A DNA stretch of 24,000 nt from Catenulispora pinisilvae (GTDB taxonomy: Bacteria > Actinomycetota > Actinomycetes > Streptomycetales > Catenulisporaceae): the NCBI RefSeq assembly GCF_015356865.1, contig NZ_JAAFZA010000134.1, forward strand, positions 1 to 24,000, written 5' to 3'. Below, in pieces: positions 1 through 7,371 of the stretch. A program made the translations under genes and the position numbers. The notes under the pieces are model-generated. The model was not told where the DNA came from. It worked only from the letters and a program-made list of their open reading frames with translations, and searched no databases. Positions within the stretch are counted from its first letter, which is position 1; the number at the start of each line of letters is the position of its first letter.

Positions 1-892
1 GCGTAGGAGTCGGGGTCGGGGTCGGCGTGGGAGTCGGCTTAGGCGGTGGCGGCGGTAGGGCGACCACGCTGAATCCGGCTGCCGCAGAAGCGGAAAGCGT
101 CGGCGGCGCGATGGTGCCGCCGTCTTGGCCGGCGGTCGAGGTGCGGTCATCAGCGGTGACAGACAGAGTGCTGTGATAAGCGCCGGGAGCCAGATCAGCC
201 GTGGCGTCGCAATGAGCGACCGCGCCTGGCGCCAACTCGCCAGAGATACCGCCGCTCGCGCTGCTGCCGGCGGCGGACTGCAATCCGGTGCAGCTGATGT
301 TCGCGGTGGGGACGAGCGGGTCGCTGAGCGAGAAGTCGTAGACCGGCAGGTTCCCCACATCGGTGACCGTGTAGGCGAAAGTGGCCCGGCCACCGCTCGC
401 GGTCGGCGTGACCGACACCGAATCAGTACCCGTGATCAGTCCGCCGACCCCGCGATACCCGACCGGCGCCGAAGCCGTCACCGACTGGCGCCAGTCATTG
501 TGGTCGTCGTCATGCCACCACCACCGGACCTGCCCGGTGGCCGTGGCCGTCCCGTCCTGCGTCCCGGCGGCGGCGCTGTCGACCACCGCCACGCACGTCA
601 CGCTTCTGTGCGCTTTCAGCACCGGGACCTCGGCGCCGCCCGAGGGGCAGACGATCGTGCCCTGGGGCGCGGTCAGCCGGATGTCACCGATGTCCCAGTC
701 GCCGGGGTTGGTCAGCCGGTAAGAGATATGGACCGGGCCACCGGTCCTGATCAGCGGATCGGGGACCGCGGGACGGCCGTTCACCGTCACCGATATCTCC
801 AGGCGCGGTTGGAAGCAGTCCGCGCCGGAGGGCAACGCCGTCACCGGCAAGGAGCCGAGCAGGGCGCACAGTATCGAAGTTGTAGCGGTCAT
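1..892 (-). CDS. Secreted/surface protein with DUF11-like conserved repeat domains; N-terminal part only (3' end runs off the window start)
   Basis: Absent from the supplied track because it has no stop inside the window. My own reverse-strand translation from the ATG at 892-890 gives MTATTSILCALLGSLPVTALPSGADCFQPRLEISVTVNGRP...PVHISYRLTNPGDWDIGDIRLT...RATFAYTVTDVGNLPVYDFSLSDPL...LAPGAYHSTLSVTADD...PPPPPKPTPTPTPTPT. It has a signal-like N-terminus, two segments with the Y-x-[LV]-T-[ND]-x-G...[IF]-x-L-x-D pattern of DUF11/DUF7507 repeats, and a Pro/Thr linker at the edge. The + strand ORF 125..907 is its Arg-rich antisense shadow. Confidence 0.6.
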   Translation of the reverse strand, partial: MTATTSILCALLGSLPVTALPSGADCFQPRLEISVTVNGRPAVPDPLIRTGGPVHISYRLTNPGDWDIGDIRLTAPQGTIVCPSGGAEVPVLKAHRSVTCVAVVDSAAAGTQDGTATATGQVRWWWHDDDHNDWRQSVTASAPVGYRGVGGLITGTDSVSVTPTASGGRATFAYTVTDVGNLPVYDFSLSDPLVPTANISCTGLQSAAGSSASGGISGELAPGAVAHCDATADLAPGAYHSTLSVTADDRTSTAGQDGGTIAPPTLSASAAAGFSVVALPPPPPKPTPTPTPTPTPT

Positions 893-988
893 CGAGGCGC
901 AACGTAGCAATCCGCCTTGATCACGACCAGTAGTGCGGTATCTGGCGAAAGAACCCGCCCGCAGGCATCACGGACGGGACTCAAGGCA

Positions 989-1570
989 TCATGCGTGTAT
1001 CGCAGAGTCCAGATACGCTAGCGCCTCGGCGGGCTCGTCGGCGAAGTGCACCAGATCGGCCAGCGGCAGCGGCAGGAAGCCCTCGTCCTCCATGCGGCGG
1101 AACTGCTGCTTCAGGCCGTCGTAGAAGCCGGCGGTGTTGAGCAGGACGATCGGCTTGGCGGTGTGGCCGTGCTTCTTCAGCTCCAGGATCTCGGTGGCCT
1201 CGTCCAGGGTGCCGGTGCCGCCGACCATCACCACCACCGCGTCGGCCTTGGCCAGCAGCAGCTTCTTGCGCTCGGCGAGGTCGGCGGCGACCACCATCTC
1301 GTCGGTGTCCGGGCGGGCCTTGTCGGACAGGAAGCCGACCGAGACCCCGACCAGGCGGCCGCCGCTGTCCTGGACACCGTCGGCGAGCACCTTCATCAGG
1401 CCGACGTCGGACCCGCCCCAGACCAGGGTGTGGCCGCCCTTGCCGAGGCGTTCGGCGAAGTCGCGGGCCGGGCCGGTGTAGCGCTCGTCGAGGTCGGCGG
1501 CGGAGAGGAAGACACAGATACGCATGAGATCACCGTACCCGCGAGGCCTGCGGGGGTACGGCGGACTCAC
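989..1570 (-). CDS. LOG family protein (TIGR00730 Rossmann-fold nucleotide-binding; cytokinin riboside 5'-monophosphate phosphoribohydrolase-like)
   Basis: Track ORF of 193 aa containing RICVFLSAADL..., GHTLVWGGSDVGLMK and the LOG signature VMVGGTGTLDEATE (PGGxGTxxE-like). The GTG at 1570 overlaps the upstream stop as GTGA. An alternative ATG at 1525 (MRICVF...) is at least as likely to be the true start. Confidence 0.85.
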   Translation of the reverse strand: MSPPYPRRPRGYGDLMRICVFLSAADLDERYTGPARDFAERLGKGGHTLVWGGSDVGLMKVLADGVQDSGGRLVGVSVGFLSDKARPDTDEMVVAADLAERKKLLLAKADAVVVMVGGTGTLDEATEILELKKHGHTAKPIVLLNTAGFYDGLKQQFRRMEDEGFLPLPLADLVHFADEPAEALAYLDSAIHA

Positions 1571-2616
1571 GCGGTGCCGATCTCAGGCGTCCCACCCACC
1601 CCTTTCGGGTCCAGCAGCCCCAGCCCGGCGGCGATCACCCCGGCCTGGAACCGGCTGCGCGCGCCGAAGGTCTCCATGAGTTCGGCGATGTGGCCGCGGC
1701 AGGCCCGGACCGACAGCCCCATGCGCTTGGCGATCACATCGTCCTTCAGGCCGTTGGCCATCAGCGTCAGGATCGAGGACTTGATCTCGGTGACGGCCAT
1801 CCGCGCGGCGGACGGGCCGGTCTGGTAGGGGGTGCCGAGGTTCCAGGACTGTTCGAAGGCCGAGCACAGGTAGGCCAGGATCGAGGGTTCGCGGACGACG
1901 ATCGCCCCGAACTCGTGGCGGACGTGCGGCAGGAACGCGGTCCGCTGGTCCACGACGATCATCTGGCCGGGGATCTCGGCGACGGTGCGGATCTGCGAGC
2001 CCTCGGCGAGGACGGCTTCGGCGTAGTCCTGGGTGGGGACGTGGAACCGCGCAGTGTGCTGATACAGGCTGCGCAGCACGATGCCGCGCCGCAGCAGTGC
2101 CAGGTCCCGGGGGAGGGCGTCGGCCAGGGCCCGGGGCGGCCGGCCGCCGCCGGGCTGGCAGGCCATGATCTCGCTCTCACAGGTCGCGGTCAGATCGCTG
2201 ATCAGGGCCCGGACGGCGTGCATGTCCTCGATGACGTCGACGCCGGGCGAGCCGCCTTCGTGGGCCAGTTCGGAGTAGACCGGCGCGAGCGCGGAGAGCC
2301 GGGCCCGGAGCCGGTCGGTGCTGCCGCGTTCGGCCAGCAGGTCCATCTCGGCCCGCCGGTGCGCGCTCTCACGCGGCCCGACCAGGGCCGCGATCGCCAC
2401 GTCGGGGCTGGCCGCGGCGACGGTGGCGCCGTCCCGGACCAGGACGTGCCGTTCCTCCAACAGCGCGACGGCCCGCCGGCACTCAGCTTCGGGGTGGCCG
2501 ACTTCCGACGGCATTCGCGCCAGGTCGGCCTCGGTCGGCCGACGCTCGGCGACCACCCAGGCGTAGACGGCGGCCAAGACGTCTTCCCCCTGTCCGGTTC
2601 CGGTCGGTCCGTCCAT
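1567..2616 (-). CDS. LuxR-family transcriptional regulator (C-terminal LuxR/GerE HTH, long N-terminal sensor/wHTH-like region)
   Basis: The C-terminus SILTLMANGLKDDVIAKRMGLSVRACRGHIAELMETFGARSRFQAGVIAA is a typical LuxR-type HTH. The track ORF extends to 2730. I place the start at the ATG at 2616 (MDGPTGTG...) because a GGAAGGAAG Shine-Dalgarno lies just upstream on the minus strand. Confidence 0.8.
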   Translation of the reverse strand: MDGPTGTGQGEDVLAAVYAWVVAERRPTEADLARMPSEVGHPEAECRRAVALLEERHVLVRDGATVAAASPDVAIAALVGPRESAHRRAEMDLLAERGSTDRLRARLSALAPVYSELAHEGGSPGVDVIEDMHAVRALISDLTATCESEIMACQPGGGRPPRALADALPRDLALLRRGIVLRSLYQHTARFHVPTQDYAEAVLAEGSQIRTVAEIPGQMIVVDQRTAFLPHVRHEFGAIVVREPSILAYLCSAFEQSWNLGTPYQTGPSAARMAVTEIKSSILTLMANGLKDDVIAKRMGLSVRACRGHIAELMETFGARSRFQAGVIAAGLGLLDPKGVGGTPEIGTA

Positions 2617-2750
2617 CGATGTCTTCCTTCCAGTTCTTCCCAGCCACATGGTGAACCATCTGCCACCTGTCGGCCCGGCTATTCCAGGAATCACTGTGTA
2701 TGAAGGAACCCTGACACGGGTGCCTGGCATTCACGTGAAAGGGACGAGAC

Positions 2751-2978
2751 ATGCGCAAGCTGAAAGCCGTCGCCCTGACCACCTTGGCCGTCGCCGGCGC
2801 GATCGCGACGACCACCGTCTCCACCGCCGCGTATGGCGCGGCGCGCACCACCGCTACGGCGGCCGCCCACACAGCGGCCGGCGTCCGGGGCGGCGAGGAC
2901 ACCGGCTGGGGGAACACGTGCCCGCCTCCCGGCTCCACGACGCCTCCCCCGCCGAAGTGCGCTACCCCGCACTTCTGA
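2751..2978 (+). CDS. Small secreted peptide (75 aa) with signal peptide and a Cys/Pro-rich C-terminus; hypothetical
   Basis: MRKLKAVALTTLAVAGAIATTTVSTAAYG looks like a Sec signal. The predicted mature part ends GEDTGWGNTCPPPGSTTPPPPKCATPHF and has two Cys. Third-position GC is high, and AAGGGA/GGGACGAG lies 6-12 nt upstream of the ATG. The gene is divergent from the LuxR gene. I recognise no family. Confidence 0.5.
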   Translation: MRKLKAVALTTLAVAGAIATTTVSTAAYGAARTTATAAAHTAAGVRGGEDTGWGNTCPPPGSTTPPPPKCATPHF

Positions 2979-3202
2979 TCCGCCCGGGCGACCGGGTGTG
3001 GTGAAGGCGACGGCAGCCGGCCGTCGTCGGGTGGGTGGTGGGACCTCACACCCGGGGTCTGTAAAAGCACTGAATCAGTCTGCTCCACGCTGCATAACCC
3101 GTCCCTAATGCGGGCCGGGGGGTGATCCCTCCTGCCCGGAATCACGGAACGAATGTCGCTCAACACCTCGAATCAGACATTGATGAAAGGAAGAGGACAC
3201 TA

Positions 3203-4996
3203 ATGAGATTCCCGCGCAACACCGGCTTGCGGGTCGCGCTGGCCGTCGGCGCGACCGCCCTCGGGCTGGTCGCGACCACTGGTGCGGCGTACGCCGCACC
3301 AGCCGTGCGCACCGCCTCCGTGACAACGGCGGCGTCCCCCCAGGACGCAGCCAGCACCTGTACCGACACCTCGTCCGAGGACGGCGACATCGCCGGCTGC
3401 ATGGCCGCGACGCGCGCCATGCAGTGGGTCGACGCCAACGGCGGCCAGGGCGTCGTCTACAACCAGGGCGACGGCACGTCCGGCTTCGGAAACTACCGGG
3501 CCGACTGTTCCGGCTACGTGTCCTACGCCCTCCACATCAGCGACACCTCACCCACCCCCGGTGGTCTGGTGTCCGGCCAGATGTACGAGTCCAACGGCTT
3601 CGTCGACGTCGCCAAGGACAACCTCCAGCAAGGCGATGTCCTCACCAACCCGTCCGCGGGCAGCCAAGGCCATGTGGTGATGTTCGACCACTGGTCGGAC
3701 TCCAGCCACACCGCCTACTGGGGCTTCGAACAACACGGTCCCAGCAACTCCTACGGCACCGCTTACCGCCTCATCACCTACCCCTATGACGACCCCAACG
3801 CCGGGACCTTCTACCCGCAGCACTACACCAAGCTGGTCCCGCCGACTCAGCCGCCGCCCCCGCCGGCCCAGACTCCGGCGCAGACCGCGGCGAGTTCGAC
3901 CCTGGTGCACGACGGCTACACGAGCGTCTACTCGGTCGACTCCAGCAACGGCCATCTCCAGGAGACCTACCTGCCCAAGATGGGCGGCTCCTGGGCCACT
4001 CAGGACCTCTCCACCAGGTACGGCACTCCGGCGGTGCTCGCGGGCACGCAGCCGGTCGCGATCTACCACGACGGATACACGAGCGTTTACACCGTCGACG
4101 CGAGCAACCACCACGTGCAGGAGACGTACCTGCCGAAGCTCGGGGGGCCCTGGGCCACCCAGGACCTGACGAACAACTACGGCGCGCCCACCACCTCGGT
4201 CACCCCGACCACCGTCCTGCACCAGGGCTGGCTGAGCGTGTACACGATCGACGAAAGCAACGGCCATCTGCAGGAGACGTACCTGCCCAAGCTCGGCGGC
4301 CCCTGGTACTCCAAGGACCTCGCGGCGGCTGAAGGCGCTCCGGCCTCGGCGAACATCAAGCCGGTCTCGATCATGCACAGCGGCTACACCAGCGTCTACA
4401 CCATCGACGCGGGAACCGGCCACGTCCGCGAAAGCTACATCGCCGCCCTCGGCCAGAACTGGACCACCCAGGACCTCTCCGCCAAGTACGGCACGCCGGC
4501 CACGACCGTGGCGCCGACCGTCGCGGTGCACCAGGGCTGGACCAGCATCTACACGATCGACAGCAACGGCCACCTGCAGGAGACCTACCTGTCCGCGATC
4601 GGTCAGCCCTGGTACTCCAAGGACCTGGTGCCCCAGTCCGGCACCCCGGCGGCCAGCCTGACCACCGCGCCGATCGCCCTGTTCCACGGCGGCTACACCA
4701 GCGTGTACACCGTCAACGCGAGCAACGGCCACCTCGAAGAGAGCTACTTCACCGGGCTCGGCGCGTCATGGACCAGCCAGGACCTGTCCGCCAAGTACGG
4801 CACGCCGAACCCGACCGGCGACATCGACGCCCTCGTGCACCCGGACGCGAACCAGAACATGGTCTACGCCAGCGTCTACTCGATCGATTCCGGCAGCAAC
4901 CAGCTCCAGGAGACCTACCTGGCCGCGATCGGCCAGGCCTGGCGCTCGCAGAGCCTGTCGGGCGGCTACGGAACACCCGCCGCATCCGTCATCTGA
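3203..4996 (+). CDS. Secreted NlpC/P60-like cysteine peptidase/amidase fused to a 7-repeat beta-propeller (lectin-like) domain
   Basis: The ATG at 3203 is preceded by GAAAGGAAGAGGA. The signal peptide is MRFPRNTGLRVALAVGATALGLVATTGAAYAAP. The head carries YRADCSGYVSYAL (catalytic Cys context) and GSQGHVVMFDHW (His context), as in NlpC/P60/CHAP-type hydrolases. A PPTQPPPPPAQTPAQT linker follows, then 7 repeats of about 52 aa. Confidence 0.85.
   Translation: MRFPRNTGLRVALAVGATALGLVATTGAAYAAPAVRTASVTTAASPQDAASTCTDTSSEDGDIAGCMAATRAMQWVDANGGQGVVYNQGDGTSGFGNYRADCSGYVSYALHISDTSPTPGGLVSGQMYESNGFVDVAKDNLQQGDVLTNPSAGSQGHVVMFDHWSDSSHTAYWGFEQHGPSNSYGTAYRLITYPYDDPNAGTFYPQHYTKLVPPTQPPPPPAQTPAQTAASSTLVHDGYTSVYSVDSSNGHLQETYLPKMGGSWATQDLSTRYGTPAVLAGTQPVAIYHDGYTSVYTVDASNHHVQETYLPKLGGPWATQDLTNNYGAPTTSVTPTTVLHQGWLSVYTIDESNGHLQETYLPKLGGPWYSKDLAAAEGAPASANIKPVSIMHSGYTSVYTIDAGTGHVRESYIAALGQNWTTQDLSAKYGTPATTVAPTVAVHQGWTSIYTIDSNGHLQETYLSAIGQPWYSKDLVPQSGTPAASLTTAPIALFHGGYTSVYTVNASNGHLEESYFTGLGASWTSQDLSAKYGTPNPTGDIDALVHPDANQNMVYASVYSIDSGSNQLQETYLAAIGQAWRSQSLSGGYGTPAASVI
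3899..4993 (+). repeat. Seven tandem repeats of about 50-53 aa (predicted 7-bladed beta-propeller), copy A
   Basis: The repeat consensus read from the translation is h-x-h-H-x-G-[YW]-T-S-V-Y-T-[VI]-D-x-S-N-G-H-L-Q-E-T-Y-L-x-x-h-G-G-x-W-x-[TS]-[QK]-D-L-x-x-x-Y-G-[TA]-P. There are seven units from TLVHDGYTSVYSVD to the C-terminal ...GYGTPAASVI. Confidence 0.85.
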
Positions 4997-5055
4997 GAGT
5001 AATCCGACAGCTAAATGGTAATCCCCTACTAAGAGGTATCCAAGGACTCGATGTC

Positions 5056-7242
5056 ATGAATAACAATCGCAGACTCCGAATACCCGCGGCCGCCCTCGGC
5101 ACCGTGCTGCTCGCCGCCACCGGTGTGGCGACCGTGGCCGCCGGCTCGGCCGGCGCCGTCACGGCGAACCCGACAAGCACGACGGGCACGGGCACGACAA
5201 GCGCTGCCGGCGCGTCGAGCTGGCAGGAGAACCTGGCCCAGGCCCACTCCGACGACGTGAACACCGCCTGGACCGGCCACGCGCTGGCCGTCCGGGACGT
5301 CCAAGCACACACGGCCGCCGCCCAGGACTCCCGTGGCTACGCCATGGACACATTCCCGGCGCACACTCTGTCCGCCGCGACGAACCAGCTCACTGTCGTC
5401 TCCAACGTGCAGCAGCCGTCCGGCTCCCGCGTCGAGGTCGACGTCCGGGGCCAGGCCGCGAACGGCACCTGGACTGAGTGGACCCCGGCCGGGGCGAACG
5501 GCGCCACCCGCTTGTCCGCGGCGGCGACGCTGGTGCAGACCCGCGTGACGATGTGGAGCAGCGCCTCGGGGACGGCGCCGAGCGTCACCAGCATCGCGGT
5601 GACCGCGGACGCGAACGTCACCGCGGCCGCGGCCGCCCCGAACGCCACCGCCACGCCACTGTCCTACAAGGTGTTCGCCACCGACGAGGGCTTGGTCGGC
5701 AGCACCACCGCCAACGGCCATGTGATCCAGCAGAACGACCACTTCGTGGCGCTGCCGTCCACGACCGCGCTGTCCCCGAAGGGGTCCGGCGAGTACTCGG
5801 TCCAGGTCTGCGGCCCGGTCCGGTGTGAGACCGCGCCGGTGTGGGACGTCGGTCCGTGGAACATCCACGACAACTACTGGGACAACCCGCGCGCCGAGTT
5901 CACCAGCCTCCCGCAGGGCGAGCCGGAGGCCCAGGCCGCTTACGACAACGGCTACAACGGCGACAAGTCAGACATCGGGTCCACGGTCGTGAACCCGGCC
6001 GGTATCGACCTGGCCGATGGCACCTTCTCCAACATCGGCCTGACCGACAACGGTGATGTCACCGTCACCTACCTGTGGACCAGCGGCGGAGGAACGCCGC
6101 CTCCGCCGCCGGCGCAGACCCCGGCGGAGACCGCCGCGAGTTCGACGCTGGTGCACGACGGCTACACGAGCGTGTACTCGGTGGACTCCAGCAACAGCCA
6201 CTTGCAGGAGACGTACCTGCCGAAGATGGGCGGCTCCTGGGCCACCCAGGACCTCTCCACCAACTACGGCACCCCGGCAGTGCTCGCGGGCACGCAGCCG
6301 GTGGCGATCTACCACGACGGATACACGAGCATTTACACCGTCGACGCCAGCAACCACCACTTGCAGGAGACGTACCTGCCCAAGCTCGGCGGGCCCTGGG
6401 CCACCCAGGACCTGACGAACAACTACGGCGCTCCGGCGACGTCGGTGACGCCCACGACGGTTCTGCACCAGGACTGGCTGAGCGTGTACACGATCGACCA
6501 GAGCAACGGCCACCTTCAGGAGACCTACCTGCCCAAGCTCGGCGGGCCCTGGTACTCCAAGGACCTCGCCGCCGCTGAGGGCGCCCCGGCCTCGGCCAAC
6601 ATCAAGCCGGTCTCGATCATGCACGGCGGCTACACCAGCGTCTACACCGTCGACGCCGGAACCGGCCACGTCCGCGAAAGCTACATCCCCGCACTCGGCC
6701 AGAACTGGGCCACCCAGGACCTCTCCGCCAAGTACAGCACCCCGGCGACCACCGTCGCCCCGACCGTCGCGGTGCACCAGGGCTGGACCAGCGTCTACAC
6801 CATCAACTCGAACGGCCACTTGCAGGAGACGTACCTGTCGGCCATCGGTCAGCCCTGGTACTCCAAGGATCTGGTGCCCCAGTCCGGGACGCCGGCCGCG
6901 AGCCTCAACACCGCTCCGGTCGCCCTGTACCACAACGGATACACGAGCGTTTACACTGTCGACGCTGGCACCGGCCACTTGGAGGAGAGCTACATTTCGC
7001 AGCTCGGCGCCTCGTGGACCAGCCAGGACCTGTCGGCCAAGTACGGCACGCCGAACCCGGCCGGCAACATCGACGCCCTCGTTCACCCCGACGCCAACCA
7101 GGCGATGACCTACGCGAGCGTTTACTCATTGGATGCCGGGAGCAACCAATTGCAGGAGACCTACCTGTCGGCCATCGGAAGCCCGTGGCGTACCCAGAGC
7201 CTGTCCATCGGCTACGGCACGCCCGCCGGCTCCGTGATCTGA
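5056..7242 (+). CDS. Secreted RlpA-like double-psi beta-barrel (DPBB) domain protein fused to the same 7-repeat beta-propeller domain
   Basis: An in-frame ATG at 5056 follows AAGAGG/AAGGA. The signal peptide is MNNNRRLRIPAAALGTVLLAATGVATVAAGSAGA. An unassigned domain of about 190 aa comes next. It is followed by VFATDEGLVGSTTANGHVIQQNDHFVALPS...YSVQVCGPVRCETAPVWDVGPWN...GIDLADGTFSNIGLTDNGDVTVTYLW, which matches the RlpA/3D/barwin-like DPBB pattern (G-x-T-A-x-G...A-L-P...V-x-D-x-G-P...IDL). A PPPPPAQTPAET linker and 7 repeats complete it. The track ORF start at 4768 lies inside the previous gene and is not used. Confidence 0.85.
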   Translation: MNNNRRLRIPAAALGTVLLAATGVATVAAGSAGAVTANPTSTTGTGTTSAAGASSWQENLAQAHSDDVNTAWTGHALAVRDVQAHTAAAQDSRGYAMDTFPAHTLSAATNQLTVVSNVQQPSGSRVEVDVRGQAANGTWTEWTPAGANGATRLSAAATLVQTRVTMWSSASGTAPSVTSIAVTADANVTAAAAAPNATATPLSYKVFATDEGLVGSTTANGHVIQQNDHFVALPSTTALSPKGSGEYSVQVCGPVRCETAPVWDVGPWNIHDNYWDNPRAEFTSLPQGEPEAQAAYDNGYNGDKSDIGSTVVNPAGIDLADGTFSNIGLTDNGDVTVTYLWTSGGGTPPPPPAQTPAETAASSTLVHDGYTSVYSVDSSNSHLQETYLPKMGGSWATQDLSTNYGTPAVLAGTQPVAIYHDGYTSIYTVDASNHHLQETYLPKLGGPWATQDLTNNYGAPATSVTPTTVLHQDWLSVYTIDQSNGHLQETYLPKLGGPWYSKDLAAAEGAPASANIKPVSIMHGGYTSVYTVDAGTGHVRESYIPALGQNWATQDLSAKYSTPATTVAPTVAVHQGWTSVYTINSNGHLQETYLSAIGQPWYSKDLVPQSGTPAASLNTAPVALYHNGYTSVYTVDAGTGHLEESYISQLGASWTSQDLSAKYGTPNPAGNIDALVHPDANQAMTYASVYSLDAGSNQLQETYLSAIGSPWRTQSLSIGYGTPAGSVI
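6145..7239 (+). repeat. Seven tandem repeats of about 50-53 aa (predicted 7-bladed beta-propeller), copy B
   Basis: Same repeat consensus, unit order and length as 3899..4993, and collinear without indels. By eye there are about 37 amino-acid differences over 381 aligned positions, counting the linker. Confidence 0.85.
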
Positions 7243-7280
7243 GCAGCGCGGCCGAGATCTGAGCAGCACAGCCAAATCCC

Positions 7281-7320
7281 GGGTTCCCCCTCCGGTCCGC
7301 GCGACCGGCAGGGGGAACCC
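7281..7320 (+). terminator. Stem-loop downstream of the propeller gene pair (candidate intrinsic terminator)
   Basis: GGGTTCCCCCT-CCGGTC-cgcgc-GACCGG-c-AGGGGGAACCC has an 11-bp outer stem plus a 6-bp inner stem. It begins 39 nt after the stop at 7242 and is followed by TTCCCCCC, so there is no clean U-tract. Confidence 0.5.
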
Positions 7321-7371
7321 TTCCCCCCGACCCTGACCCCCGGGCCAGCCCTCACCTGAAGGGACAGCACT

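Noticed and set aside
125-907. 260-aa + strand ORF (and 381..722 +, 684..902 -)
   Set aside because: Its Arg/Gly/Asp-rich composition is not protein-like. The minus-strand frame starting at 892 gives a coherent signal peptide plus DUF11-like repeat protein, so these are shadow ORFs.
3548-4732. 394-aa minus-strand ORF, and its twin 5968..7086 (372 aa)
   Set aside because: These are antisense shadows of the two propeller genes. They are repetitive only because the sense strand is repetitive, and they have Arg/Gly/Val-rich composition, no ribosome-binding site and no recognisable motifs.
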